A stretch of DNA of 64,000 nt from Alphaproteobacteria bacterium (GCA_963667785.2 CAXXMU010000002.1:448001-512000), one strand, 5' to 3'. Positions 16,354 through 26,068 are shown, counted from the stretch's first letter. A program made the numbers and translations. Notes: generated by a model from the letters alone, not told the origin.

Positions 16354-16757
16354 ATGATCGGACGCCTGAACCATGTCGCCATCGCCGTGCCTGATCTGGC
16401 TGCGGCGAGCGCGCTCTATCGCGGAACCCTGGGCGCCGCCGTCTCCGACCCGGTCGACCTGCCGGAGCACGGGGTGACCACGGTCTTCGTCACGCTCCCC
16501 AACACCAAGCTGGAGCTGCTGCATCCGCTCGGCGAGGGGTCGCCCATCGCCGGCTTTCTGGCCCGGAACCCGGCGGGCGGCATCCACCATCTCTGCTACG
16601 AGGTGGCGGATATCGCCGCGGCGCGCGACCAACTCTGGCGGACGGCGGACGGGTGCTGGGCGACGGCGAGCCGCGTCCGGGCGCCCACGGCAAGCCGGTG
16701 CTCTTCCTCCATCCCAAGGATTTTCTGGGCACGCTGATCGAGCTCGAGCAGGTGTGA
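16354..16757 (+). pseudogene. mce: Methylmalonyl-CoA epimerase with a one-base frameshift near 16635 (true pseudogene or assembly error)
   Basis: N-terminus MIGRLNHVAIAVPDL...GGIHHLCYEV; adding one base after CTC (16633-35) gives LADGGRVLGDGEPRPGAHGKPVLFLHPKDFLGTLIELEQV-stop at 16757. Confidence 0.9.
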
Positions 16758-16767
16758 GGCCCCGCGC

Positions 16768-17010
16768 GTGGACCCCTTCGGCATCATCGTCGTCTTCGTG
16801 ATCGCCTGGTGGATCAGCTTCTTCGTCACGCTGCCGTTCGGCATCAAGCCGATCGAGGAGCCCGAGCCGGGCCATGCGCCCGGCGCGCCGCAACGCCCGC
16901 GTCTCTGGCGCAAGGCGGCGATCGCGACGGTAGCCGGCGGCGTGCTCACCGGCGCCATCGTCGGCGTCGTCGATGCCGGCTGGCTCTCGCTTGAGACCTT
17001 CGCCGAGTAG
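16768..17010 (+). CDS. DUF1467-like small membrane protein
   Basis: VIAWWISFFVTLPFG...GAP.RPRLWRK pattern; usual neighbour of mce in alphaproteobacteria. Confidence 0.8.
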   Translation: MDPFGIIVVFVIAWWISFFVTLPFGIKPIEEPEPGHAPGAPQRPRLWRKAAIATVAGGVLTGAIVGVVDAGWLSLETFAE

Positions 17011-17035
17011 GCGGGCGGCGGCGCGCGATCGGCCC

Positions 17036-17590
17036 ATGACAAGCTACTGCGACATCGCGCCGGGCCACCCCCATCACGGGCCCTATCACGACAGGGAGTA
17101 CGGCTTCCCGGTGCGTGACGACGACCGCCTGTTCGAGCGTCTCGTGCTCGAGATCAACCAGGCAGGGCTCTCCTGGCTCACCATCCTGAAGAAGCGGGAG
17201 GCGTTCACCGCCGCCTTCGAGGGCTTCGAGATCGCGCGCGTCGCGGCCTACGGCGACGCGGCCAGGGCGCGGCTCCTCGCCGATGCCGGGATCATCCGCA
17301 ATCGCCTCAAGGTCGATGCGGCGATCGAGAACGCCCGGCGCATCCGGGCCCTGCAGGGCTCCCATGGCTCGTTCGCCGCCTGGCTCGACGCGCATCACCC
17401 CAGGCCGCACGCCGACTGGGTCAAGCTCTTCAGGGCGCACTTCAAGTTCACGGGCGGCGAGATCATCCGCGAGTTCCTGCTTTCCACCGGCTATCTCGAG
17501 GGCGCGCATCGGCCTGACTGCCCGGTGCATGCGGAGATCCTGAAGCAATCGCCGCCCTGGCTCGCTACGGGCGGAGGCGGCGCCGGCTGA
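17036..17590 (+). CDS. tag: DNA-3-methyladenine glycosylase I
   Basis: YHDREYG, LFERLVLEINQAGLSWLTILKKRE, GIIRNRLK, H...C zinc ligands. Confidence 0.9.
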   Translation: MTSYCDIAPGHPHHGPYHDREYGFPVRDDDRLFERLVLEINQAGLSWLTILKKREAFTAAFEGFEIARVAAYGDAARARLLADAGIIRNRLKVDAAIENARRIRALQGSHGSFAAWLDAHHPRPHADWVKLFRAHFKFTGGEIIREFLLSTGYLEGAHRPDCPVHAEILKQSPPWLATGGGGAG

Positions 17591-17736
17591 TACGCCGCTG
17601 GCCTTGACTTGCGCGATCGGTCACCATGCCGCGCAAGTGAAGGCCCCGGCGGCGCCGACAATTGCGACGCGCGCAGGGAGCGGGAGACGATGCGCCGTAC
17701 GCCTCGCGCGGCGCCGAAGGGCAGGGAGAGAGAGCC

Positions 17737-18498
17737 ATGGATCTCGGGTTGAAGGGCAGGAAGGCGCTGGTGACCGGCGGTACCAAGGGAATCGGCCGGG
17801 CGATCGCGGACGAGCTGGCGGCGGAAGGCACCGACGTTGCCATTTGCGCGCGCACGGAGGCGGACGTGGAGGAGGCGGTCGCCGCCCTCTCGTCGACCGG
17901 CGTGCGCGCCTCGGGTCGTGCGCTCGACGTGGGCGACGGGCCGGCGGTGCGTCAATGGGTGGACGACGTGGCCGCCGAGTTCGGCGGGCTCGACATCGTC
18001 GTGCCCAACGTCAGCGCGCTCGCGGTGACGCCGGGGCTCGAGGCCTGGCAGCAGGAATTCACGGTCGACATGATGCACACGGTACACACGGTGGAGGCGT
18101 CGCTGCCGCACCTGGAGAAGTCGGACGCGGGCTCCATCGTGGTCATCTCCAGCGTCTCCGGCATCGAGATCGACTTCGCTGCCGGCCCGTACGGCGTCTT
18201 CAAGGCGGCGCTGATCCACTACGCCGCCGGCCTCAGCCGCCAGCTCGCGGATAAGGGCATCCGCGCCAACTCGGTCTCGCCCGGCAACACCTACTTCGAC
18301 GGCGGCATCTGGCAGAGCATCGAGAACGACAATCCGGACTTCTTCAAGTATGCGCTGAGCCTCAACAAGACCGGGCGCATGGCGACGGCCGAGGAGGTCG
18401 CCAACGCCACGGTGTTCCTCGCCAGCCCGCGCGCGAGCTTCATCACCGGCACCAACATCAAGGTGGACGGCGCGCTGACCAACGGCGTGCAGTACTAG
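17737..18498 (+). CDS. SDR family oxidoreductase
   Basis: TGGTKGIG, YGVFK catalytic motif, NSVSPG; GGGAGAG RBS. Confidence 0.9.
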   Translation: MDLGLKGRKALVTGGTKGIGRAIADELAAEGTDVAICARTEADVEEAVAALSSTGVRASGRALDVGDGPAVRQWVDDVAAEFGGLDIVVPNVSALAVTPGLEAWQQEFTVDMMHTVHTVEASLPHLEKSDAGSIVVISSVSGIEIDFAAGPYGVFKAALIHYAAGLSRQLADKGIRANSVSPGNTYFDGGIWQSIENDNPDFFKYALSLNKTGRMATAEEVANATVFLASPRASFITGTNIKVDGALTNGVQY

Positions 18499-18530
18499 GG
18501 CAGTCAGGAGCGGAAGCGGGGGAGGAGCCG

Positions 18531-19001
18531 ATGGCGGAAGAGGGCTGGACGGTCTATCTCTCGGGCGAGATCCACACCGACTGGCGCGACCGCATCCGCG
18601 ACGGTGCGCAGGCGGCCGGCCTTGCCGTGGAGTTCGTTTCGCCCATCACCGACCACGCGGCGAGCGACGATTGCGGCGTCGCCATCCTGGGCGACGAGGA
18701 CCGGCCGTTCTGGAAGGATCACAAGGGCGCGCGGGTGAACGCAATCCGCAACCGCACCCTGATCCGCCGGGCCGACGTGGTCGTGGTGCGTTTCGGCGAC
18801 AAGTACCGGCAGTGGAACGCCGCCTTCGACGCGGGCTACGCCGCCGCGCTCGACAAGCCGATCATCACGCTGCACGAGCCCGCGCTCACCCATGCGCTGA
18901 AGGAGGTGGACGGCGCCGCGCTCGCCGTCGCCGAGACGCCGGAGCAGGTGGTCGAGGTGCTGCGCTACGCGATGACCGGCGCGCTCACCTCCGCCGCCTG
19001 A
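18531..19001 (+). CDS. YtoQ family protein (nucleoside deoxyribosyltransferase-like fold)
   Basis: VYLSGEIHTDWR, RFGDKYRQWNAAFDAG. Confidence 0.8.
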   Translation: MAEEGWTVYLSGEIHTDWRDRIRDGAQAAGLAVEFVSPITDHAASDDCGVAILGDEDRPFWKDHKGARVNAIRNRTLIRRADVVVVRFGDKYRQWNAAFDAGYAAALDKPIITLHEPALTHALKEVDGAALAVAETPEQVVEVLRYAMTGALTSAA

Positions 19002-19012
19002 GTACGAGCGGC

Positions 19013-19246
19013 ATGGCGGTCGGGACGGTGACGGAGGCGACGTCGGTCGAGCGCTTCTCCGTCCTCACCTGCCCCGCCTGCCGGCATCGCTCGCGGGAGG
19101 AAATGCCGGACGACATGTGCCTCTTCTTCCACGAATGCGCCGGCTGCGGTGCCAGGCTCAGGCCGCTGCCCGGCGACTGCTGCGTCTTCTGCTCCTATGG
19201 CACGGTGCCGTGTCCGCCGAAGCAGGCCGGGCACTGTTCCGCCTGA
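19013..19246 (+). CDS. GDCCVxC domain small Cys-rich protein
   Basis: TCPAC...EEMP..MC.FFHECAGC...PGDCCVFCSYGTVPCPP. Confidence 0.8.
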   Translation: MAVGTVTEATSVERFSVLTCPACRHRSREEMPDDMCLFFHECAGCGARLRPLPGDCCVFCSYGTVPCPPKQAGHCSA

Positions 19247-19261
19247 CGGGGAGGAAAGTCC

Positions 19262-19723
19262 ATGCCCAAGATCGACCTCGGCCGGGTGCCGGCGAAGACC
19301 GGCTCGATCTATCCGGCGCCGTTCAAGGGCCAGGCCGAGGGGCGCGTCCGCCAGGCGCTGGGCGATGCGGGCGGGCTGACGCAGTTCGGCGTCAACCTGA
19401 CCCGCCTGCCGCCGGGCGCCGCAAGCGCGCAGCGGCACTGGCACGCGGCCGAGGACGAGCTGGTCTTCGTCGTCTCGGGCGAGCTGGTGCTGATCGAGGA
19501 CGGCGGCGAGACCACGCTCCGCGCGGGCGAGGCGGCGGCGTTCAGGGCCGGCCACGCCGACGGCCACCACTTGGTGAACCGCTCGGCCGAGGACGCCGTC
19601 CTGCTGGAGGTCGGGACCCGCACCGCAGACGAGCGCTGCCTCTATCCCGACATCGACCTGGTCTACGAGAAGACGGACGGCAAGATCCGCTTCACCAACA
19701 GGGCGGGCGAGCCCTACGACTGA
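19262..19723 (+). CDS. Cupin domain protein
   Basis: LTQFGVNL, RHWHAAEDE, GHHLVN. Confidence 0.85.
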   Translation: MPKIDLGRVPAKTGSIYPAPFKGQAEGRVRQALGDAGGLTQFGVNLTRLPPGAASAQRHWHAAEDELVFVVSGELVLIEDGGETTLRAGEAAAFRAGHADGHHLVNRSAEDAVLLEVGTRTADERCLYPDIDLVYEKTDGKIRFTNRAGEPYD

Positions 19724-19756
19724 GCCTCGGGGAAGGGCGGGCGCGCGCCTCTCGCC

Positions 19757-20167
19757 CTATTCCGCCAGGTCGGGCCGGTAGGTGCCGAAGTGCCAGAGGT
19801 GGCCCTCGGGGTCCTTCGCCGAGAAGTCGCGCGAGCCGTAGGGGGTGTCCTCCAGCTCGCGCACGATCTCGGCGCCGGCCAGGACGGCCTGCGCGTAGCG
19901 GGCGTCGGCGTCTTCGACGACGACGTAGATCGCCTGGGTCACGCCGCCGACCGCGCACGGGCTGCTCAGCGCGAGCGCTTCGTCGCGCTCGGAGACTACC
20001 ATGATCATGCCGCTGCCGAAGGAGAGCTGGGCGTGGGCGATCGTATCGTCCGGTCCGGGGACGACCATGGTCTCGGTGAAGCCGAAGGCCTCCTTGAGCC
20101 AGGCGATCGCGGCGGGCGCGTCGCGGTAGCTGAGGCAGGGGACGATGTGGGGGGCTGGTGTGGTCAT
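19757..20167 (-). CDS. VOC/glyoxalase (PhnB-like) family protein
   Basis: PCLSYRDAPAAIAWLKEAFGF...YGSRDFSAKDPEGHLWHFG; own RBS AAGGAGAAGGA before ATG 20167. Confidence 0.85.
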   Translation of the reverse strand: MTTPAPHIVPCLSYRDAPAAIAWLKEAFGFTETMVVPGPDDTIAHAQLSFGSGMIMVVSERDEALALSSPCAVGGVTQAIYVVVEDADARYAQAVLAGAEIVRELEDTPYGSRDFSAKDPEGHLWHFGTYRPDLAE

Positions 20168-21670
20168 TGCCGCGTCCTTCTCCTTCCGTAGCAGCGGGTG
20201 GCCGACGGGTGCCTCGACGGCGGCCTCGGGGACGGGCTCTTCCCTGTCCTCGTCGCCGTCCGTTTCCGGCGCCGGCTCGTCGGCGGGCGTGTCGTCGGGC
20301 ATGTCGTCGGCGACGTCGGTCTCGGGCGCATCCGGGCGGGCGTCGTAGGCGACGCCTTCGGAGCAGGTCGGGCTGATGCGGCTCGGCGGGCCCAGCGACA
20401 GGAAGGCGTCGCGCGGAAGTCCGAGGGTCTGGCCGACCTCCGGCTCCACGTGGACCGTGCGCTGTGCGAGCGAGCCGCCGGCCTCCTCGACCACTTCGAC
20501 GATGAAGGCGCTGGCCACCGCCTGACGGTTCTCGTCCAGCGAAACCGGGCCGCCGAACGGCGTGTCCAGACGGAGCCCGGCGAGGGCCGCGCGCAGGCGC
20601 TCGTGCCCGTCGTCGAGAACGCCGCCGGCCTCGTCGAGGGCGAGAAGCAGCGCCCTGGTATTGACGTAGTAGGCGAGCGCAAAGAGGCTCGGCGTCCGGT
20701 CCGCGTCGGGGAAGCGCTCGTGATAGCGCTCCGCGAATGCAGCCAGGGCTTCGTTGTCGTCCTCTTCGGAGACGGGCAATGCCGACACCGCCCCGCGCAG
20801 CAGGGAGCGGATCGCAGGATCCGCCGCGAGCAGGCGGCTGTTTAGCGTGGTGGAGCCCGCGACGATGGCGGCCTCTCCTCCGGCCTCGGCGTAGGCGCCG
20901 AGGAAGCTCTCCGCGACGCGGGGAGAGAGTCCGAGGAACAGCGCATCCGCCTCGGTGCGGGCGACGGTCTCGGCGAGCTTGGCGGTATCGCCCGCGCCGG
21001 ACGTGACCCAGTGCTTGTCCAGCACCTGCCCGCCGAGGGTGCAGTACTCCAGCATGAACCCCATGAGCTGCGTGTAGGAGAGCGAATAGTCCTCGGCGAC
21101 CGCGACGATGGTGCGGATGCCCTTCCGCTCGTAGGCATGGCGCCCGAGGCCTCCGATCCACTGCATGCTGTCGGGGTTGAAGCGAAAGAAGTTCTCCGCC
21201 GGCGTGCGGAGCGTGGCGTCCGGCGAGGCCGACGCACCGTTGACGAAGGTCACCTGCGGCGCGCTCTTGGCGAAGTCGCGGATCGCGGTGCCCTCGATCC
21301 CGGCAAGCGGGCCGATGATGACGCTGGCGCCGCGCTCGATCAGCGCCCGCGCCTTGGCGGTCACGGAATCGGGCGTGCCGTCGGTGGATTCGACGAGTGC
21401 CTCCAGCGGCCGTCCGCCCACGCGCGCCTCGTGCTCCGCCATGGCCAGTTCGTGGCCGCGGATCGCATCCTGCCCGAGCGGCGCGAACGCTCCTTCCAGG
21501 GTCGCGAGCACGCCGATCGTCAGGACCTCGTCATCGGCCCCGGCGGGCGCGGTGTAAGAGAGGAGCGCACCGGCGATGATCGCCGGCGCCAGCAGGCGGA
21601 AGGCGCGCGCCGCGAGGCCCCGGATGCGCCCGCGGCGGTGGCTCGCCCGGCGAATGGGCGCGTTCGTCAC
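20164..21670 (-). CDS. ABC transporter substrate-binding protein (Liv/type 1 PBP) with acidic tail; reads in-frame into the VOC gene as assembled, so the true end is uncertain
   Basis: Signal-like N-terminus, IGVLATLEGAFAPLG, ENFFRFN, EDYS; D/E/P-rich tail. Confidence 0.75.
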
Positions 21671-21903
21671 GCTCTGCCGATCATGGTGATGTTCAGACGA
21701 TCCGAGGCATGAAGAGACCCGCCGCGCGTCCCGCCGCTCGCGCGGCCCTGCTGCGAATCCTTATAGCGGCCCCTTTCGGCCATTGCCATGCGCCTCGCAG
21801 ACCATGACACTGGTGAGATATCCGGGCTACGCTAGGCACCAGAGGGCGGTCGGCGCACGGGCAGCGCGCCCGGGCCGACTCCCCGACGACGGAGGAGGCG
21901 AAC

Positions 21904-23202
21904 ATGGCAAAGACCACTGAGCATCGGAGACAGGGACCGAGCCGGCGGACGCTCTTGAAGGGCGCCGCGGCGGTGGCCGGCGTCGCGGCCGGCACCAAGG
22001 CTCTCGGCGGCTTTCCCACCGTCTGGGCCCAGGACACCAAGGACATCGTGATCAACCATTCCGGCATGTCCTACTCGACGATCATCCAGATCGCCGAGCA
22101 GGCGACGGTCGACCTGCCGTTCTCGGTGGAGATGTCCGTCACCGATCACGCCGGCATGCTCAACCGGCTGACCACGCAGTCCGATTCCATCGACGTCGCC
22201 GACATCGAGCTCTGGATGCGGGTCATCACCGTCCCGCGCGGCATCTACCAGGCGGTCGAGCCGGCCAAGATCACGCACTGGGACAAGGCGACGACGATCT
22301 ATCGGGACGGCCAGCTCGACGGCAAGCAGATCTCGCGTCAGGGGGTCTCGCCCCACGAGGTCATGTATTTCACCGATGCCGACGCGCGGGAAATCGCCGA
22401 CGGCAACACCGACTACGCCACCATGATCCCCGGCGTGTTCAACGCCGATACGCTCGGCATCCAGCCGGACGCCATCGGCCGCCCCATCAACAACTGGCAC
22501 GAGCTCTTCAACGAGGAGTTCAGCGGCCGCGCGGCGGGCATGGACATTCCGCCTATCATGATCATGGACGCGGCGCTCGCCATCGAATCCACCGGCGAAT
22601 ACACCTACGCCGACAAGGGCAACATGACCGAGGAAGAGATCACGATGACCGTCGACCGGCTCATCGATCTCAAGAAGAAGGGTCATTGGCGGGCGCTTTG
22701 GGGCACCTTCGACCAGTCGGTGCAGCTCATGACCTCGGGCGAGGTGGTCATCCAGTCGATGTGGTCGCCCGCGGTGACCGCCGTGCGTGCCCAGGGCGTG
22801 CCCTGCATCTATCAGCCGCTGGCTGAAGGCTATCGTGGCTGGGGCAACGGGCTCAGCCTGATGAGCCACCTCGAGGGCAAGAGGCTGGGCGCTGCCTACG
22901 ACTACCTCAACTGGTACTACAGCGGTTGGATGGGCGCCTTCATCGCCAAGCAGGGCTACTATCTCGGCGTCGCCGAGACGGCCAAGGCCTTCATGGAGCC
23001 CTACGAGTGGGATTACTGGTACGAGGGCAAGCCGGCGGAGGGCCCGATCCACGATCCCTACGGCACCCTGATGGAGAAGCCGGGGCACGTTCGCGACGGC
23101 GGGTCGTTCTCGCAGCGCTTCGGCAACATGGCCTGCTGGAACACGCTGATGGGCAACCACCAGTTCCTGCTCAAGAAGTGGACGGAGCTGCAGACGGCCT
23201 GA
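21904..23202 (+). CDS. Tat-exported PotD/PotF-like ABC substrate-binding protein (paralog 1)
   Basis: SRRTLLK twin-arginine motif; NADTLGI, GEVVIQSMWSPAV; GGAGGAGG RBS. Confidence 0.85.
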   Translation: MAKTTEHRRQGPSRRTLLKGAAAVAGVAAGTKALGGFPTVWAQDTKDIVINHSGMSYSTIIQIAEQATVDLPFSVEMSVTDHAGMLNRLTTQSDSIDVADIELWMRVITVPRGIYQAVEPAKITHWDKATTIYRDGQLDGKQISRQGVSPHEVMYFTDADAREIADGNTDYATMIPGVFNADTLGIQPDAIGRPINNWHELFNEEFSGRAAGMDIPPIMIMDAALAIESTGEYTYADKGNMTEEEITMTVDRLIDLKKKGHWRALWGTFDQSVQLMTSGEVVIQSMWSPAVTAVRAQGVPCIYQPLAEGYRGWGNGLSLMSHLEGKRLGAAYDYLNWYYSGWMGAFIAKQGYYLGVAETAKAFMEPYEWDYWYEGKPAEGPIHDPYGTLMEKPGHVRDGGSFSQRFGNMACWNTLMGNHQFLLKKWTELQTA

Positions 23203-23218
23203 GCAGGGTCATCCCTAC

Positions 23219-23246
23219 GGGCGGGGCCGGCGTGCCGGCCCCGCCC
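23219..23246 (+). terminator. GC-rich hairpin after SBP gene (terminator or mRNA stabiliser)
   Basis: GGGCGGGGCCGG-CGTG-CCGGCCCCGCCC perfect inverted repeat. Confidence 0.55.
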
Positions 23247-23260
23247 CGATCTTTCGCCTG

Positions 23261-24154
23261 ATGCGATTCAGAGTCTCGCTGGGTAAGGGCACCGGCGCCA
23301 CGAGGCGGCCGGGGGTGAGGGCGGTGCCGCTCGGCCTCGCGCTGGCGGTCTTCTTCATCGTGCCGCTCGGCGTGCTGCTGGCGGTCAGCTTCTTCGAGAA
23401 CGACATGATCTTCGGCATGCGGCCCGCGCTCACGCCGGAGAGCTACGTCGATCTGTTCACCACCATGAACACGCTCTGGCTCTATCTCAGCACGCTGAAA
23501 TTCGCGGCGATCGTCTGGGCCGTCACGCTGCTGATCGGCTTCACCATCGCCTACTTCCTGGTGTTCCACGTCCGCTCGCTGCTGATCGCGATCGGGCTCT
23601 TCCTGCTTTGCACGGTGCCGTTCTGGACCTCGAACATCATCCGCATGATCTCGTGGATACCGCTGCTGGGGAAGCAGGGGCTGGTCAACCAGGCGCTGAT
23701 GGGCCTCGGCATCGTCGACGACCCGGTGGAGTGGCTGCTCTTTTCCGACTTCTCGGTAGTGCTGAGCTACGTCCACCTCTTCACGCTGTTCATGATCGTC
23801 CCGATCTTCAACTCGATGGCGCGAATCGACAAGGCGCTGATCGAGGCGGCGCGGGACGCGGGCGCAAGCTCGTTCCGCATCATGTGGGAAGTCATCGTGC
23901 CGCTTTCCCGCAGCGGCATCGCGCTCGGCTCCATCTTCGTCATCGTGCTGGTGATGGGCGACTTCTTCGTCATCAAGGTGATGAGCGGCGGGCGCAGCGC
24001 TTCCGTCGTCTCGTCCATCTTCGAGGACATCAACGTGCTGCTCTACCCGTCCGGAGCGGCGAGTGCCGTGGTGCTGCTGATCGTGGTCGTGATGATGGTG
24101 ATGGGCGTGCTGCGGGTGGTCAACATCCGCAGGGAACTCGCGGGCGCCAGGTAG
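23261..24154 (+). CDS. ABC permease (PotB-like)
   Basis: VPFWTSNIIR, EAA loop LIEAARDAGAS. Confidence 0.88.
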   Translation: MRFRVSLGKGTGATRRPGVRAVPLGLALAVFFIVPLGVLLAVSFFENDMIFGMRPALTPESYVDLFTTMNTLWLYLSTLKFAAIVWAVTLLIGFTIAYFLVFHVRSLLIAIGLFLLCTVPFWTSNIIRMISWIPLLGKQGLVNQALMGLGIVDDPVEWLLFSDFSVVLSYVHLFTLFMIVPIFNSMARIDKALIEAARDAGASSFRIMWEVIVPLSRSGIALGSIFVIVLVMGDFFVIKVMSGGRSASVVSSIFEDINVLLYPSGAASAVVLLIVVVMMVMGVLRVVNIRRELAGAR

Positions 24155-24162
24155 GAGGGGGC

Positions 24163-25017
24163 ATGGCGCGATCGGCGAAGTCCCACAAGCCCAGGCCCTG
24201 GACCTTCTATCCGCTGGCGGCGTTCTTCGGGTTGTTCGTGCTGTTCCTCTATGGCCCGATGTTCTGCATCTACATCCTGTCGTTCCAGGGGCCGAACGCC
24301 TCGCTGGTGTTCCCCATGCAGGGGCTCTCGCTGCACTGGTTCGAGGCCCTGTTCGGCCAGGCGCGCACCGGCGACGTGGGTGGCGCGTTCGCGCGCTCGC
24401 TGCCGCTCTCACTCATCATCCTCGCGATCACCGTGCTCTTTTCGGTGGCGGCGGGGCTCGCGTTCCGCAGCCGGTTCTTCGGCAACTCGGTGATCTTCTA
24501 CACGGCGATCGGGAGCCTCGTGGTGCCGGGCCTCGTGCTCGGCGTCGGCATCACGCTGCTGCTCCAGCTCCTCGGCTGGAACGCGCATTGGTACTCGTCT
24601 GCGCTCGGCGCGCACCTCACCTGGACGCTGCCCTTCGGGCTGCTCATCATGTTCGCCGTGCTGAGCCGCTTCGATCCGCGCGTGGAGGAGGCGGCACGCG
24701 ACCTCGGCGCAAGCAACCTGCAGTCCCTGCGCTACGTGATGATCCCGATCCTGCTGCCGGGCATCATCGCGGTGGCGCTCTTCGGCTTCACCCTTTCCTA
24801 CGACGAGTTCCCGCGCAGCACCTTCACGGTCGGTGCCCGCAACACGCTGCCGCTTGAGATCTGGAGCATGACCACCAACATCACCTCGCCCGCGCTCTAC
24901 GCGCTCGGAACGGTGACGACGGCGATTTCCTTCTTCATCATCGCCGTCTCGCTGACGGCGATCGGCCTGATCCAGGCGAGGCGGCAGCGCGCCTTGCGGA
25001 GGAGGGAGGGGTCCTAA
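24163..25017 (+). CDS. ABC permease (PotC-like)
   Basis: FLYGP, VEEAARDLGAS, FTLSYDEF; GGAGG RBS. Confidence 0.88.
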   Translation: MARSAKSHKPRPWTFYPLAAFFGLFVLFLYGPMFCIYILSFQGPNASLVFPMQGLSLHWFEALFGQARTGDVGGAFARSLPLSLIILAITVLFSVAAGLAFRSRFFGNSVIFYTAIGSLVVPGLVLGVGITLLLQLLGWNAHWYSSALGAHLTWTLPFGLLIMFAVLSRFDPRVEEAARDLGASNLQSLRYVMIPILLPGIIAVALFGFTLSYDEFPRSTFTVGARNTLPLEIWSMTTNITSPALYALGTVTTAISFFIIAVSLTAIGLIQARRQRALRRREGS

Positions 25018-25020
25018 GCA

Positions 25021-25454
25021 CTAGGGCATTATTCGTTCAGACGCGATCGCAGCGAGCTGCCGCGGGTGCCCACTCCCCGTCCGCGCACGCCGGATACCCC
25101 GCACCATGGTGCGGTGCCGCTCGTGCGAGTACCGTGCGAGGGTCGCGGCATGACGTGCGGGAGCGGGGACGGGCGGGAAGGAGCGGGGCGCGGCAGTGGA
25201 GCCGGTGCTCAAGTGGGAGTCAAAGTGGGATATGGAGGCCGCCTGTCCCGCCGGAATCCCTCGTTATCCCACGAAATCCCGCATGCCCCCCCTCCGGCGA
25301 ATCCCACTTCCGTCGCCACAGCGGGGCGCGACGGTCGGCCCCCGTCGCGTCATGGCCGGCCCCCGGACCGAGTCCGCATGAACGAAGGGAGGGGTCGGGG
25401 GGAGCGACTGTCGTTCGAGCCGTGGTGACCTCGTATGGTCGGATCGTGCTCTAG
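25021..25454. mobile_element. Putative non-autonomous MITE-like element or IS remnant bounded by CTAG
   Basis: CTAG at 25021 and 25451; the adjacent 26-nt arms are imperfect inverted repeats (16/26 identical); no convincing ORF inside. Confidence 0.45.
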
Positions 25455-25469
25455 CCTCGAGTTGCGCCT

Positions 25470-26009
25470 TCAGGTCCTCTGGCGCGTCACCATCCGCTTC
25501 GTCCCCTCGTAGCGGAGGCTCTTGCAGAGGCGGGCGAAGCCGTCGAGGTTCTCCACGATGCGGGCGAAGATGCAGCCCTGGTTGGGATGGGGCGTGTCGC
25601 CGTACCAGAGCGTGGTGGGGAAGCGCATGCCGGCATGGCGGCCGTAGGCGAAGGTGACCTCCTTGAGCCAGGGGTCCCAGATGAAGTCTCCGGGCGCCAT
25701 GCGGGTCTGCCGGTTCTCCAACTCGTAGCCGAGCGCCGGCACCATGTCGACGCGATCGAGGTAGAAGGCGGCGTGGCCGAAGAAGGCGCAATGGATGATG
25801 TAGGCGTCGATCGGCATCATCTGCCAGAAGGCATCGCAGGTTTTGGGTGCGGCGGTCTCGAGCAGCGCGCCGACACAGAACTCGCCGTCGATCTCGATCT
25901 CGAAACGGCGGAAATGGTCGGGGACGTCGTTGGGAATCTCGAACTGGTCGTACCACCACTCGTCCCACATCTCGCGCTGCGCAACCGTGTCGGCCGTCTT
26001 GTCCGCCAT
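25470..26009 (-). CDS. DUF3830-like (cyclophilin-like fold) protein
   Basis: APKTCDAFW..MP....IH, LENRQT..APGD, FAYG; AAGGAGG RBS. Confidence 0.65.
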   Translation of the reverse strand: MADKTADTVAQREMWDEWWYDQFEIPNDVPDHFRRFEIEIDGEFCVGALLETAAPKTCDAFWQMMPIDAYIIHCAFFGHAAFYLDRVDMVPALGYELENRQTRMAPGDFIWDPWLKEVTFAYGRHAGMRFPTTLWYGDTPHPNQGCIFARIVENLDGFARLCKSLRYEGTKRMVTRQRT

Positions 26010-26068
26010 GAATGCCTCCTTCGTTTTGGCCCCTGTGTGTGGCGCGTGGCCGACTATAATAGCGCGCC

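Noticed and set aside
25021-25454. Short ORFs inside the CTAG-bounded spacer (25066-25428, 25134-25454, 25196-25381)
   Set aside because: No host-like codon bias and no recognisable domain or transposase motif
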